Assembly: GCF_006345805.1 (NCBI RefSeq)
Contig: NC_043013.1
Location: 1,302,001-1,366,000, forward strand
Length of the DNA: 64,000 bases
Source of the DNA: Octopus sinensis
Lineage: Eukaryota
Direction: 5' to 3'
Part shown: positions 37,401 through 50,139 of the stretch, one piece after another
Numbering within the stretch: position 1 is the stretch's first letter
Layout: every line of letters starts with the position of its first letter
Position numbers and translations under genes: made by a program
Notes under the pieces: model-generated
What the model saw: only the letters and a program-made list of their open reading frames with translations
The model's database searches: none
Told to the model about the DNA's origin: nothing

Positions 37401-38726
37401 AGGCAACCCAAGCGACCCAAGGTCACGTTCATTCAGACTGCTTATTCTGAGCAAAGCGTTGTTTGGTTCAGGAGGAAAGTGAGAATGATCACTTACCTTA
37501 TTCCTGTGGAAAGACAGGTTTTCCGGTAGGTTGGAGGTGTTTCCAGAAGTAGTTCTTTGTATAGTCTATTGATTATATTCAATCGGTAATCACCCATGCA
37601 TAAGAAAAAACAAAGCAAAACAAAAAGAAACTAACAAAAAACAAACAAGCAACAACACCAGGGATGATATCACATGATTGAATGTAACCAATGAAATTAA
37701 TGTGTTCCATTATGTTTGATCTGCGATATATCTAAATCCACCATTCCTGTTCATCGTCATCAGGAAAAACGTATTGAGTAAGAAGTGAGCAGCGACGGAG
37801 GGTAACACCAGCTTCATTCAAACATATATTTACAAATTCACGCGCGCTCGTACACACAGAGGAAGACAGACATGGAAACACATCTAACGACCTCGTAGAG
37901 GTTCCGTCTTTGACTCAGTAACCTAACATACTTATGGAGTTCGTAGAAACTTAGCAAAAGCCATTCGTTCCTGCGCCCTAAAGAAGTGGTTCTCACACCG
38001 AGAAACATTAGTCCATCGTGATATTAGTGAAAATTTTTTAGCCTGTCTCTTTTGTAAATGGGAAGACATAATAGCGTTTGAACTTGTAAACGACCTTGCG
38101 AAGGAGAGGTGACGAGAATGGATCCTTTGGTACACCACACGGTCGATACAGTAAATGCGAAAAAGGACAAATGAGTAGAAGTGTCAGAAGGAAAAAGAGG
38201 GACACAACCGGGTAGAATGTTTAAGTGAAGATTTTATTGATAGGTTAACGTGTGTGTATGCATCATATATACATAATAATAATAGACAGGCTGTCATGTG
38301 TACAAAGTGTGCATGTGTGTGCATTAAATACCAAGTACAAGACCAACCAACTACGCCAATACCAACCAATCAGAGTAGTGGACAGAACAGGGTCCAAAAG
38401 GGCGGCCGAAGGATAGCTGTTATCTAATACGTCTGTATTTGTGTATATATAACAAAGAGAGAGGGATTTTCCTAAGAATACGCTACAAACTCATATAATT
38501 CTCCTTTCTTCACAATGCTGCTGGACAACTTTAAATCCGTCTTAATCTTATTAAACGTCAATTTGCTTTCCCTCTTTCCATTCTTCATATCTATGACAAA
38601 CACCCCGCCAAGGGTACCATGTTTAGTCTAATTCTTTTGTATTTATAAGTATTAAAGACATTCCAAGGAACAGTAAACCCAAATCATTTAAATATGATTC
38701 TAGACTCCACAAGAGGCATTAATATA

Positions 38727-38963
38727 CACGGTGTTCAAAAGGTCTCTCCGCAGTGAATTTTTTTTATTCTGATGTATTTCAAAACTTGTGTAGAAGAGTC
38801 AACTTATGTACTGAAAATGAAGGACGGCACTTTCAACATCGCTTATAAAGTTTTTTTAAAAGTCTTGTAAAGTCTAATATATTCTCTTGTAGTCTTATAT
38901 CATCTTATAGATATTTATTTTGAAATAAACTACTTACTGTAGAGAGACTTTTTGAACACCCTG
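38727..38963. mobile_element. Tc1/mariner MITE
   Basis: TIRs CACGGTGTTCAAAAGGTCTCTC / GAGAGACTTTTTGAACACCCTG, with TA on both sides. Confidence 0.85.
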
Positions 38964-39614
38964 TAGTAATAATATTATGTTAAAATTTTGCCTGATCGCC
39001 ATGTTATTGTTCAGTGCACGAAACCAAAAAGTAGAGCATAGTGTTAAGCCAGGAATCAGTTAAACAAAAACGACAGACTTCAACAGCTATGCATCTTTTT
39101 TTTCTTGAGAAAAGTCACTTTTGATATCTGATGACAAGAATTCGCTAGAAGACGTCCATTAACATTAAAAATAATATCACTGAATTTAATTGGGGAAATC
39201 GCATGCATTACATACGTAATGAATGTGACAAACATCATTACTTGTTTTCAACTCAACTGCCTCCGCTTTGTTCTTTCTACGCCATGCATTAAAATATCAA
39301 AGGAGGAATCCAAAAAAAAAAAAATAGTGAAGAAAAAAGAAAGAGAAGAATCGACTGGGACAAGTTTCGACAAATACCATATTCCAAGCCAGACATAGCA
39401 AGGGAGAGGTTTTCTCTGACCAGAATGTCTTAAATGGGTTATAGAAGCCACATTTACATGTAATACATATTAATGAGATGATTCTATTCACTTAGACAGC
39501 TATTTGTTTTATTTGTTTCAAGCATTTAACGACAGGAGGCGATCTAGTATTTCCGACACTTGGTTCAACAAAAGTAATTAAAAACGAAGTCTTTTACAAC
39601 ACACACATACGCAT

Positions 39615-39671
<57 letters not shown>

Positions 39672-40389
39672 GAGGGGTGTGACAATGTGGCTAAAATAGT
39701 CCTCATCACAATCATTGATTTTTAGGTTCGATCCTACAACGTGGATGGAGCCTTCTCCTGTGGTCTCGGATTGGCCAATACCTTACCAGTGGAATTTGAT
39801 AGACAGAAACTAAGCAGTAATATATGTGCATGTGTGTGTGTATATATTTATTGTTCCTTTAAAGTAGGATCAATGAAAAGAGTACTCCATCCAGTAGAGA
39901 TAAGTATCATTTAAAGTTCACAGAATTAAAATAAGTTTCATGCTATGGAGGCATGTGGTTAGGAAGATTGCCCAGAGTCTGAAGCTTATTTAGAGACGCA
40001 AGATACATTATAAAGATCTTCCTAACCATGTGTCTCTAGGGCAAGAAACTATTGGTAGCTCTTATTTTAATACAGTGCACATTAAATGATGTATGTTTGT
40101 GTGAGTGTTTGTGAGTGCGTGTGTGAGTGTGTATGGATAGATCTTGTGTCTATGCTTTCCCTCTCGCCACCTGAGCGGGACACAACCGAAATTAGTTTGC
40201 TTACGTTCTGGTAGACATAGTAGTTCGGCAAAAGGCTCCGATAGATAAAAATAGTACTAGGGGTGATTCGTTCTACTAAACCTTGTTGAGGCAGTGCCCC
40301 AGCATGGCCGCCGTCCAATGACTGAAACATGTACAACAACAAAAAATAATGTATGTATATATGTGTGTGTGTGCGTGCGTGTCCGTGTC

Positions 40390-40426
<37 letters not shown>

Positions 40427-41949
40427 GAGAGAGAGAGAGAAAGAGAGGGAGTTCCTGTCTGCTTACACCAGTTTTCAGTCCGTGTTGCTTATGTTGCATC
40501 CCTAAATGTCCCATGACTTCATTTTTGTGTTCATTCATCTGTGATTGACGAAGACCATGACCAGTTCTAAATTCTTTTTTATCAACGTTTCCAAACTATC
40601 GCAGTCTTCTCTTGAGGATATGAAGTAGTGTTGGCTTCTATACTACCCCTTCTATGCAGATTTTACCTCACCCTTACATTGGCCATACAGGCACAACATT
40701 CTCTCGCAAGTTCACCATGCATTTACTATAAGAAGCAATTGCAACGTGCTACACTACATACCATAAAATAAAGCTAGATAGAAAACAGATAAAATAGCCA
40801 TATTATGTAGAATTCCTCACACAAGCATACAATTAATTACGGCCGCAATACTCATATAATAAAGCCTTGCCTTGTCTATCTGTCTCTTTCATTCTGGAAT
40901 CAGTTTTGTTTAGAACGGCGATGGATGGGTTCCTTCAGGTATAAAAATGCCTCAAACACGTTGCATGTCTCGATTGTGTCACTGCGATTTCATTTGGAGT
41001 TGGGGGCCCCTGGGACCACCCTCCAAACATATCTTTAAAGTGCACGAAAAGTATTTTGTTTCTTTGTTTCAACTCTGTTTTAGTGTTCGTCTGTCTTCTA
41101 AAAGCCAGCTGGATACACTCGTTAGTATTCTCCTATAGATTTATGACGACTCATTTCGCTCATTGAATGTCATTCTTTTTGCGTGTAAGGGAAAGAAACG
41201 TGTGAAGTGAAAAATCCTTCGTCTTTCTTTTTTTTCTTTTTCCAAATGTCTCAAAACATTACGCTTAACCAATTCTTTAGAATTTATGTAATATTTCAAA
41301 TCCCGTTTGTATCAGGAAACATTCCGTTTCTGCTTCTTTCTACGATGGAGGTGAAAATGGAAAAAAAGTTGAATGGGGTTGAAAATTTATTCAGGCAACT
41401 ATTTAATTAAATTATTTTTGAATTGCTTATCAAGGTTTGGAAACTCTTTTCGGAGCATGTATTAGGCTTCTAAAATGGTAAAGTGATAATTTTTTAAAAA
41501 GTAAACTTTAGTGTTTATCAAAAATGCTCTTAATTTTTTTTTTAAATTAAAAAATAAGATGATTCTCACGATTGGAATGAAATGGTATCTTCTATAACTG
41601 GCATTATATCAAAACTGAAAATGCAAATACTAGACTTTTTTTCAAATTTCAGATATTTTTATAGAACTTTACTGATGTCAATTTATTTTTGGAATTACAA
41701 TAAATAAATAATTATTTATTTATTGAAATTACATCACATACAAGACATCTTAGACATGTCAACTGGAGCAAAGAAAAATGTTTCACTAATATCTCAGCGA
41801 ATACTTCCAATTTTATTGAAAGCCCTCTCCATCTTCCCTACAAAACCTATCTATTCTTTCGAACGATGCTTTAGAGCTTTCGAGTCTTCTGTATCATTTA
41901 CAAAGGAAGATAAAGCAAATAAAACTATTTACCTTTTCAAAATAATCTA

Positions 41950-43330
41950 TTTGCCATTGATCATCAACAGAACTTGCGCATATTGAAAACGAAACAAATT
42001 ATATCGAACTCTATAACGACAATGTTGCAACGTATGAGGTTGTAAGCATTGTTGCATACATAGCCATTGCTATAAAATTACTGAGAAGGTGGCAAAGCCT
42101 ATATTAGAGATTGCTGTTTCAAATGGAATGATGTATGAAGATCCTTCAGGTATCTTAAAAAGATTTCCGTTAAATAGCGATCCAATCGGAAGACAGATTG
42201 ATAACATGTCTCTGAAAAAATTGAAGAAAACTGAAAGATTGGAAAGAAAAAAAGTTTCCCTATTCAGGTTAATGAATCCAGAATTATTGATTAGGATTTA
42301 TGATGTACGTCTTTCGTTTTAACAATGACAGTAAACTGAACAAATATTAATGATTTGCCGAAAAATTTAAAGGTGACATTACTGGGGAATCGATTTTATT
42401 GCTTTTGATCTTTGTTTGATGAAAATATTCCATTAGAAAATTTGATATCGATTGCAACTGATGGTGCCACTGCAAAAGTCAGAAGACAAAAGGGCGCTCG
42501 GACATTTGAGAAAAAAAGAAAGAAAAAACGTCCTGGAATCATTGTAATACATAGTATTATTCAGAGGCAAAGATTTTGTAGCAAAAAAGTTCAGTTTTAC
42601 ATATTAAAACTATTTCCAAAATAAAATATCATAGCAAATATGACCTGTTATCTGAGAAATTTTGTTCTGATCAAATGAATACTGTGATAAGATTTATTTT
42701 ATATACGGAAAACAAATAGCTCTGCCAAAAAAAAAAAAAAAATGCTTAAGCAATGTTTATAATGCTTTTTTATACCGCAGTTAACAAACTTTCGAGTACG
42801 ATATGGCCAAAGAAATAAGAAAACGTGACCTGAATGTAGTATCACTTCAACTTAAGGAAAATTCATTACATTGATTGATTTTCAAACAGTATTTAAAGAT
42901 TTTATTGAAAAAGAGGAAGATTTTCAAGTAAATTTACTCAAAAGTTATTTCACATCAAGCTTAAGTTCGTAAAAGTAAGTTCTTCACTGAACGGAATTGA
43001 TCCTGAAACATATTCTGGGCACTTATCGTTAAAAACCGATACGAATAGAAAATTCTGATTTATTTTCCTTTGAAGCAAAACCATGGTTGATAGATACTGG
43101 TGTTGCTGAAGAAGAAATTCAAGAGAAATTAATTGAATAACGATGCAATGAACATTCAAAATTCATTAGTGATAAAATAGGAAAAGACTGAATGTTGATA
43201 ATTTAAATACTGTAAAACATTATATCCATGGTTATGAGCCGAAATGGTTGAAATAAGATTCCATCTTTCATTACAGATGGTCTGAAACAAGGTTTAGTTC
43301 TGTGAGGAAATTGCTAACTAAACAAATAGA
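41950..43330 (+). pseudogene. Degenerate hAT (Charlie/Buster-like) transposase
   Basis: RFPLNSDPIGRQID (cf. PLSNDTI.RRI), NLISIATDGA, IVIHSIIQRQ (cf. HC.IHRQ). Confidence 0.7.
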
Positions 43331-44161
43331 CTGAATTTATGCAAAAAGGGCGCGATAATAAATAATGTCAGCAATATTGTATCGAATAAACTGATAAAAT
43401 AGTAAATTTAAAACACTTTTATTTCGCTTTATGGGTGGACGGAAAATGGTGGCTTGAAATTGAGTGAGCAAAAAGAAAAAAAAAGGGTTGAGATAATCAG
43501 TGCATTGTACAAACTTCATCTAAATCAGAGAGAGAGGGAGGGGGAGAGGGAGAGAGAGGGAGGGGAGAGGGAGAGAGGGGAGAGAGAGAGAGAGTAATAA
43601 TGTTGGGTTTATACAATTCCTATTTCTTTTTCTGCTGAGGTTAAAGCAATCCATTGATATTTAAATTCAGGTGATTTGGAAGGAAATTATTCTGTTTTTA
43701 GTTTTGTGTCTTCCCAACAGACATTTTATATGTTTCCTAAAGGCGAGATAAATAATGCTCACGCATACGATACTCTCGATCAATTTAGAATGGAACGTCT
43801 CTATAGACATGTATTTTGAATCTCTTCCCATTGTAACATTTTTATCTCTGATAAAAGTGGTTCGCGTAAGAAGAAGCATGTGAAGTTATAGAAGAATATT
43901 TTAAATGACTAAATGTTTATACTACTAATATTTCATAATAGTTCTAAATCTGTCCGTAAACAGCCTAAATGTTTGGGCGTCACGAGTAAAACGCAACAAT
44001 CATTAAAGCTATTGTATTATAATTATAATCTTCCTTATAACTGCAGTCTTCCTTTTAAATCTGAGAGAGAGAGAGAGTGAGAGAGAAGAGAGAGTGAGAG
44101 AGAGAGAGTGAGAGAGAGAGTGAGAGAGAGAGTGAGAAAGAGAGAGTGAGAAAGAGAGAGT

Positions 44162-44202
<41 letters not shown>

Positions 44203-44599
44203 GACATCCGATCAGCGAAAATATCCTTCAATAGGAACATAAAAATTTGTCTAAAAACAGAATCAGTTAAGATACTACCTGCATCACCACCTACAATCGA
44301 TCGCAGTGACAAAGTTCTAATAGAACAATATGAAAACTTCATCCATAATTGACCAAGTATCAGTGTGGAAGATTGAGCTACCGAGAAAATTAAACACAAG
44401 TTGAAACTGTTCCATTTCTTTATCAAAAACATAGATATGCTTTTTTTTTTTTAGCTCATTTGTCTACTGATTCTTAAAAATAGCTTTATCTCCAATGATG
44501 TCAAAGAAATTGGGAAGATTCTGCAGAAATATTACTGCTCCGTTTTCAGTAACTCTCCCGAAATTGTGTTAGGTAGTATCAGTAAAGGCAAGTCCAACA

Positions 44600-45400
44600 T
44601 ATCACTGACTTAACTTTCGACACGCCGAAATGCGATGCAACCGTAAATAAAATTGAACACTACTCTGCCGTAGACATCGATAAATTTCCTGCTAGAATCT
44701 TGAAGAAGTACTGACACAAACTTATGTATCTTTTAGGTGATCCAGAAAATCACTAAATACAGGCTATATTTGAATATTTGAGGCGGCGAGCTGGCAGAAT
44801 CGTTAGCACGCCGGGCGAAATGCTTAACGGTATTTCGTCTGTCTTTATGTTCTGAGTTCAAATTCCGCCAAGGTATATTTTGCCTTTCATCCTTTCGGGT
44901 TCGATAAATTAAGTACCAGTTGCGTACTAGGGTCAATCTAATCGACTGGCTCCTCCCCCCAAATTTCGGGCCTTGTGCCTAGAGTAGAAAAGATTATTTG
45001 AATATTTGCTATTCAAGCTCGTCATCTTAGTTTCCGAGAAAGGAAATCCTTTGCAATAATCTACGTCACATCTCAGTAAAACATTTCAGAAACCTCGAGT
45101 ATACCAAGCTTGGTGGAGAGCAACAATTTCCTAAATCGCGAGTTGCATGGCTTTCTATGTGGCAGAGACCGCATAACACAGCCTCGACAGCACACTGACG
45201 ATACTCCGAGTATTTTGGGAGACGGCTCAGACGTATGTCGGATATCTTGACTTCGGCAATGTCTCTGAAAGAGTTTATCGCAGCAGTCTCCTGAAAAAAC
45301 TATACAAGACTGGAGTCTGTGGAAAATTTCTGCACGTAGAGTATTGTTGCTTTCTTTAGTCTCCTCATCCCAAACAAAATATTATGAGAAATGAGGAATC
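44600..45400 (+). pseudogene. Degenerate CR1/L2-type RT fragment, split by a SINE at 44781-44995
   Basis: FLNRELHGFLCGRDRITQ, YLDFGNVSERV and LLKKLYKTGVCGK resemble QHGF..RSCLTQL, YLDF.KAFD.V and LLKKL...G..GKLL. Confidence 0.55.
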
Positions 45401-45596
45401 GCAGAGGATAGTTATATGAAAGAGTTAAATGAATGTCATGACAGACTTTAATAACTGGATATGGCAGAAAAAACCTCAGAATCTGTTCTTTCCAACACCG
45501 CCGTAAACACTAAATAATTTATATTATGCGCAAAAGATACCTCATCGTTGCTTAAATGAAGTTAGCATTAAGTTTAAAAAATCATATATATAAGTG

Positions 45597-45775
45597 AAGG
45601 CGCATGGCTCAGTGGTTAGAGCGTCGAGGTTACGATCGTGAGGTTGTGAGTTCGAATCCCGGAACGGGCTGCGTGTTGTATTCTTGAGCTGGTGATGTGG
45701 AGAGGGGAGGCCGGTATGTATGGGTGACTGCTGGTCTTCCATAAACCTTGCCCGGTCTTGTGCCTGGTTGTCTGT
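45597..45775 (+). mobile_element. tRNA-derived SINE (GGCGCATGGCTCAGTGG family), internally deleted
   Basis: TGGCTCAGTGG A-box and GTTCGAATCC B-box. A longer copy lies at 49030-49341(-). Confidence 0.8.
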
Positions 45776-45782
45776 CTGTCTG

Positions 45783-45830
<48 letters not shown>

Positions 45831-45941
45831 GGTGAGAAAGTTGGTATGTGAAAGTACGTAGTTAGATGTATAAAAGACAAAGTATAGTGAAAAAACTACT
45901 TGTGTTTTATGGCTAAAGAATATATTTAAATCGTTATGCTA

Positions 45942-46123
45942 CCACAATTTGTAATCTTTTCATTTTACCAATGTGACATTGGAACACCAACACAAGTTGG
46001 ATTAAATAAGGAAACCCACTTCATTGAAAAATATAAGCCAAAACTTAACCATTTCTAGCAATTTTAAATAAGGACACTTACCTCATTGAGAAAAAATATA
46101 AAGCAAAACTTAACCATTTCTAA
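45942..46123 (+). pseudogene. Penelope-like GIY-YIG endonuclease C-terminal remnant with partial tandem duplication
   Basis: PQFVIFSFYQC...NKETHFIEKYKPKLNHF* (45942-46058). The last ~57 nt are repeated at 46064-46122. Confidence 0.5.
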
Positions 46124-46446
46124 CATTCTATTCTTTCTAAACCAAATCATGTTTAATTAATAAAACCTAGTCATTCCCAACATTTTTAATTATCTCCCTT
46201 ATACCGAAAAAATCCCTGATTACCTTCCCCTGTCTGGAATTCTAATACTTCACTTCATAGCGAAGAGATGGTACAATATCGGTAAAGAAATTTGAGAAAT
46301 TTGAAAAGAAAATACGAAACTGGTTATTTCTCCAAAAACAATGTTACTTTACACAAAATTTTATAACATTTTCCTAAAATAACGATTTAAATATATTCTT
46401 TAACCATATAACACAAATCTTCTGTAGTTTTTTCACTCTACTTTGT

Positions 46447-46489
<43 letters not shown>

Positions 46490-46499
<10 letters not shown>

Positions 46500-46916
46500 C
46501 TTCCCAAGGACATACTCTGCGGAGAGCTTGCTAGGGGCACTAGGTCTGTGGGAAGACCGTTCTTACGATACAAGGATGTTTGCAAAAGGGACATGAAGGC
46601 CTGCGATATCAATATTAGGAACTGGGAAGCAGTTGCCAGCAACCGTGGATTTGGTGACGTACCGTAAAAGAGGGAACACAAAGGAGTGACAGAGGGAGAA
46701 GGGAGAAATGGAAAGACAAGAAAAGATGTCAACAAGAAACTATGACATTACAACCAGCCAGGCAAAGCTTCGTTACATTTGCGACACCTGCCAGAGGGAG
46801 TGTTTGTTCAGGATAGGACTACACAGCCACAGCAGATGTATCAGGACATGAAATGTAAAAGCCGGACTAGATTATTTTATGCGCAACTCCATTGTCTCCC
46901 GAGACAAAAAGGATGC

Positions 46917-46922
<6 letters not shown>
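46490..46922 (+). mobile_element. RTE (BovB-like) LINE 3' fragment between two (TA)n tracts
   Basis: LPKDILCGEL..GRPFLRYKDVCKRDMK, followed by a C2H2-like CDTCQRECLFRIGLHSH terminus. Confidence 0.8.
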
Positions 46923-47005
<83 letters not shown>

Positions 47006-47029
47006 GCTGGACCGCTGAACTCTACACGT

Positions 47030-47195
47030 TTTTTCCATTCTCTCTCTGTTTATTTTCTCTTATTCCTTTCTGTTGAAGAGCGTAGGCTCGAAACGTAAAA
47101 TAATTTTTCCTTTTTCCCGAGCGTCAAACTAATACACTTGTTTGTTGTTTATACACCTGTCTTCGTTTTTTGCTTTTCTATAAATTTCAACTTTA
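47030..47195 (+). mobile_element. Penelope-LTR-like repeat with a hammerhead-like motif (47067-47100)
   Basis: TTT CTGTTGA A GAGC GTAG GCTC GAAAC GTA AAA. Confidence 0.6.
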
Positions 47196-47203
47196 TATAT
47201 ATA

Positions 47204-48379
47204 TAGGGTCAGCCCATAAACAATGCGGTTTTTTCATTTGTATCAACTAAAAGTGAGAGAAGGGGACGGGATAAACTACTTGCATTAACTTGCTATAAAA
47301 GCAATTAATAATTTTACCCTGTCCTTATTCAAAGTACAAGTTTTGAAGAGTACAGTTCGAATTTAACAGTTATTTTTTCAAAGCTATAATGGAAGTGACA
47401 AAGGAGCATATTCGGCAATAAAGGCAACAACGCAACGGAAAGTGCGAGAACTATTAATGCAGTATATGGGGATCGAACAATAAACGTAAGCCAGTGTCAA
47501 TGGTGGTTCCAGAAATTCCGAGCCGAAAACTACAGCCTAGAAGACGAGCCTCGATGAAGACATCCTGAAAACCCCGGTGGAAAAAATCCCATCGTAACTG
47601 TTGAGGAACTAGCTGAGAAGCTTGGATTTGGACATTAAACCATTCATCAACACCTGCGTGTCATCGGAAAAGTCAGTAAATTGGGTCAATGAGTTCCGAG
47701 CCTAATCGCGCGCAGAGAGTGAATGTGTGCTCTTCTTTTCTGTCACATCTCACGAATAAATCTATTTTGGACTGAATAGTGACCGGTGAGGGGAAATGGG
47801 TTCTCAATAAAAATGTCAAGCGCCGAAGACAGTGGGTAGGGAAAGGAGAAACACCGGCTCCCCAGGCTAAAGTAGGTCTTCACCCTCGTAAGGTGCTGTC
47901 ATCTCCTTGGTGGGATATGAAAGGTTTAGTCCACTTTGAATCCAAACCAAACGATAACAAAGGAGATCTACTGCGAGCAGTTTGAGCGTCTTAAGTCTTT
48001 GGTTTCAAGACGAAAGGTGTTCTTCCATACAGCGAGGATGAAATTCTGGAGCAGTCTGAATGGGAAACGATGCCCCACCCAGCATATTCGCCTGACATTT
48101 CCCCATCTGATTATCATTTATTCTGCAGTCTTCAAAATCATTTGGACGGAAAAATTATGAATTCTGTAGATGAGGTCATTTGGTACAGGAGGAGCATTTT
48201 TCATCACGGACAAGTGAATTTTAGAAGAGGGGCCTTGCAAGTCTACCAGATAGATGGAAGAGCATTGTAGAAAATGAAGGAGAGTAAATTCTAGATTTAA
48301 AAAAAGAACTTTGTTTATCTTAATTTTGAAGAATAAAAGAAGTATAAAAAAACCGCATTACTTATGGGATGACCCAATA
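47204..48379 (+). mobile_element. Full-length but decayed mariner transposon
   Basis: ~30-bp TIRs (GGGTCAGCCCATAAACAATGCGGTTTTTT / AAAAAACCGCATTACTTATGGGATGACCC) with TA flanks. VTGEGKWV and HPAYSPDISPSDYHLF motifs; frameshifted. Confidence 0.92.
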
Positions 48380-48424
48380 TACATAATACATACATACATA
48401 CATACATACATACATAATACATAC

Positions 48425-48455
<31 letters not shown>

Positions 48456-49029
48456 GTTATCTATGTATCACACTTAATGTAGGCACAGTGTCGATGGGTC
48501 GGTTACTTCAATATTTGTCCTAAGATAATATCTCTTATGAGCTTGCTGTTTTAAAGATAATAAATATCCGAGAAAATGAAACTTTGTCCGACCAGCGGCC
48601 AGCGAGAGCGCCGGATGCATTTCGTTCTTTTCAGGTCTTTTCAATGCCGCATTCTCACAGCCAGCTCCATCCATGTTCGAGCATGAATTCGTCCTCTTCG
48701 ATAAAGGAAAAAGCGAATAAACCATTCATGATGTTGCGAATAGCCGCCCGACTGAATAAAAATCTGGTATGCGCAACTGAAGCAGTTTTTAATCAAAATA
48801 ACCATGAATCATATTTAATGTATGGTGCTCTCTTTTAGATATTTTCGTCTCTCTTTTTAGATATTTTTCAGCAATTCTATGAGAGGTGTTATCTCAAGAC
48901 AAATTCTGCAGTAACTGGCCTATCGAAAGTGTACTTACATTTGTTATGTAATCTGTATTTCAGGATTGTATTCACAAGCTTTCACGGCAAATTATAAATA
49001 TATATCAGATATAAACTTAGTATTGGAGA

Positions 49030-49341
49030 CCTCCTTCGGTCAAGAATGACCATGGGATTGCACCTAGAAAGTTACACTCCGAAGCACAAGTCTGGCCAGC
49101 AGTCGCCCATGCATACCAACCTCTCCTCTCCACGCCACCGATGTTATCCAAGGGAAAGGCAAAGGGGCCGATACAGCTTGATACCAGTGACGTCGCAACT
49201 CATTTCTACAGCTGACTTAACTGGAACAACGTGAAATAAAGTGTCTTGCTCAAGAACACAACACGCAGCCCGATCCGGGAATCGAACTCACATCCTCACG
49301 ATCGTAGGCTCGACGCTCTAACTACTGAGCCATGCGCCTTA
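49030..49341 (-). mobile_element. tRNA-derived SINE, long copy
   Basis: Reverse complement of the head at 45597-45690. Confidence 0.8.
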
Positions 49342-50060
49342 ACAAACAAAGTATTAAGATGTCGTATATATATGATATAGTAGTGAGTTTTAAGCTACTT
49401 CAAATCTATAAGCTATTCTGAGTATTTTTGTTGTAGTGGAATAAAATATGCATTCAATTGTTTTTATAAACATTTATTGTCACTTGGGGAAATCAGATCG
49501 TCTTTGGGCATTCTCATTTAGAAGATATATTTATTTCTGTTTGGAATGAGAATCAGATGAAGTTGATTTTACGCAAGCAAACCAATAATATTTACGATTG
49601 TAAAAATAGAGGACTAGTAATTGTGGTTTATTATAGTATTAAGATTATTATACGTGATAGGTCGATGATTTTAATTCCCAGAAATTTGCTTTATATAATG
49701 TGGAAGAATTTCATATCGGTCTTCGTCTGCTAACTGGTCTGAATTTTCTTTGAAATCGTTGGATATAGTTTCGTTAATCCATTTTTCATAGGATGTTACT
49801 TTCGTGAAGATTGCCGGAAGGTGACTCAGAGTAAATGATGTGATCCCAGAAAGTACCCATTTTTGCTTAAAACGACAGATTAAGGGTCCACCACTATCGC
49901 CCTACAAGAAGAAAGTAAAACAGTTATTGATATTATTATATGTAGGCAGTGTTGGTTGTAAAAAATTATTTTAGTAGTCGATACGATAATAACAACAACA
50001 ACAACAACAACAATAATAATAATGATAAAAATAATAGTAATAATAATAATGATAAAAATA

Positions 50061-50124
<64 letters not shown>

Positions 50125-50139
50125 TAAAAATAATAGTAA

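Noticed and set aside
45597-45670. tRNA-like sequence with A and B boxes
   Set aside because: No acceptor-stem closure, and it continues into a SINE body repeated at 49030-49341. It is a SINE head, not a tRNA gene; the same applies to the other tRNA-like heads.
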